DNA of 64,000 nt, taken from NCBI GenBank assembly GCA_907165135.1, contig OU015566.1, positions 11,594,001-11,658,000 on the forward strand, written 5' to 3'. The translations under genes and the position numbers were made by a program. This DNA comes from Oikopleura dioica. Its lineage: Eukaryota; Animalia; Chordata. Below, piece after piece: positions 62,376 through 64,000 of this stretch (within the stretch, counting starts at the first letter, position 1; each line of letters starts with the position of its first letter). Under the pieces are notes generated by a model that saw only the letters and a program-made list of their open reading frames with translations, ran no database searches and was not told the DNA's origin.

Positions 62376-64000
62376 TTAAACAGAAGGCTTCTTTACAATA
62401 AGACCTTCATCTTCCATTTCTTTTTCCTTCTTCTCCTGCTCTGGAATCAGATCATCGAGCCAGCTCAATTCACGCTGATTGAAAAGTCTCGGGAAATAGT
62501 CGAAAGCCTAAACAATTGTCAATGGTCGTTAAAGTCTACGTCAGACGGTAATTTGCATGTTTTTTACCTTACGTATGCCGACAATTGCGACTACCATGAC
62601 GGGGAAGATGATTGAGATCGGTTTGTACGACTTGATGGCCCAGAGAACGGCCAGACCGCCGATTTGAATGATGGTGAAGAGGTGAACTTTGAGAACGGGA
62701 ACGTGACGCAGGTAAATGTAGTCTAAATAAAGTGAATGTTTTAACTTGCTTAAGCAGATCAGTTATGGAGGGATAATCACCTGGGTGGTATTTCTTGGGG
62801 ATGAAGAAAAGCTTGATGCGTTGGAAGAATTGAACACCGCGGAGAGAGCTGAAGCCCATGTAGAGAAAAACACCGTAGAGACAAGGCATCGGGATATTCG
62901 ACAGCCACGGAGCCAGGAAAATTGAACAGCCTAAAGAAAAAGATAGGGGATCTGAAGAAAGGTTTGAAGCTTACCAATCAGAACGAAAATGCACAAACCA
63001 GTGAGTCGTTGCTCAATGCATCCGGAGAATGTATCAGGTTCACCTGGAATCTTCTGATGCGCATCTTGTTTGAGTGAGTTGACATGTGTGATGGACAAGA
63101 CAGTAGCAGCAATAAACCACGGAAGGCCGAACCAGGAACATATCATGAGCGCGATAGCGGCGACAAGCAAATCCAAGTGATAGCCGACGCCCTTTTTCAG
63201 CTTATTCTCCCTTCGATTAACAATGACAGCGGTGATTTGCTGATCCATGAAAATGAGAATCGTTCCCATAAGAGCAAACACGATGGCTAAACCGATCGAC
63301 CAGGCGGGGTTCTTGCCAAAGGGAGGAATGAACCAGCCACGATCAGACCGAGTCGGACGGAATTGATTAGGAACATGAAGTTTGGGCGTTTCCATTCCGA
63401 GAATCATGTCTACGGACACCATGGTAGCGATGGCGATTACGACGGCAAATTCGGAAATAAGGTTTCTAGCTCGGACGGAAAAATAACGCTTCTGTTTCAA
63501 TCCCTTGAGTGTGAAACTAATCGCTAGAGTTCCAAAGGCGAGGAATAGTGACACAAAGAACACATCAGGGACATAGATGTGGTTGAAGGTTTCAACTTGA
63601 TACTTCTCCAAAAAGCTCGCATCGTGAATTTGAACACCTTCATGGCTTGCCAAAGATGAAAGAATTTTATGATCAGCAGTTCCTGTGGCACTTTCTAGCG
63701 CTGCTTGATCGACTTTGTAAAGTGGGCATGATGAGCCATCGAGAACACCACAATGCATAAGGCAAGTATTGACATCTTTTTCTATCCAACTTGTTCCTTG
63801 AGTGAGGTTGACAAATTTGTAAGAGTTTCTGTAGATACAGTGGTAAGCGTTTTCACTTGCCCAAGTTCGCTCAGGTGCCGGATTCTTTCCATGCATGATT
63901 ATTCGACTAAGCGCGTCATTTTCCCAATCTTCTTCGGTCCTGTTTAGTTTCAGGTCGCTGTAATTACCAGTCGTTAGTGGTGCGTAGCAATTACAGTCGT
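62376..64000 (-). CDS. SLC4 bicarbonate transporter, Na-coupled (NBC/NDCBE-like), 5' part outside window
   Basis: Cys-containing EL3, RGWFIPPFGKNPAW, FMDQQITAVIVNRRENKLKKGVGYHLDL, EQRLTG, LYGVFLYMG, FNQRELSWLDDLIPE. Confidence 0.95.

Noticed and set aside
1-64000. tRNA, rRNA, snRNA or SL RNA genes
   Set aside because: No cloverleaf, A/B boxes or recognisable conserved RNA sequence seen by eye; a covariance-model scan (Infernal/tRNAscan-SE) would be needed to exclude them.

Overview
Eukaryotic, gene-dense, AT-rich window. It most likely comes from a larvacean tunicate (Oikopleura-like). This is inferred from 40-50 nt introns, several GA-AG introns, operon-like gene spacing and animal gene content; no database search was run. 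All gene models were spliced by hand. Left half (+ strand): an atypical Cdc42-like Rho GTPase spread over ~15 kb with a 10.7 kb intron and an E-box cluster; a Cys-rich membrane-protein gene whose introns host an apparently intact Tol2-like hAT transposon (755-aa transposase, 8 introns) and a foldback element; a piggyBac-type MITE; an ERM gene with an alternative first exon, an intronic foldback and five in-frame extra exons; and a TSP1/ShKT secreted-protein gene with a nested antisense ORF. Right half (- strand, 45.4-64 kb): a co-oriented run of SLC4, a secreted Ala/Pro-rich protein, SNAP25, MRPL36-like, a 96-aa TAFH-only paralogue of TAF4, BBS5, TAF4, TADA3, GOLGA7, a dynamin/EHD-like GTPase, an unknown gene and SRSF3/7 with a candidate poison exon. 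Top leads: the TAFH-only microprotein next to TAF4, the intact intron-rich hAT, the predicted GTPase-deficient CAAX-less Rho, and the AG|GAAnG donor class. No rRNA, tRNA or CRISPR array was recognised.
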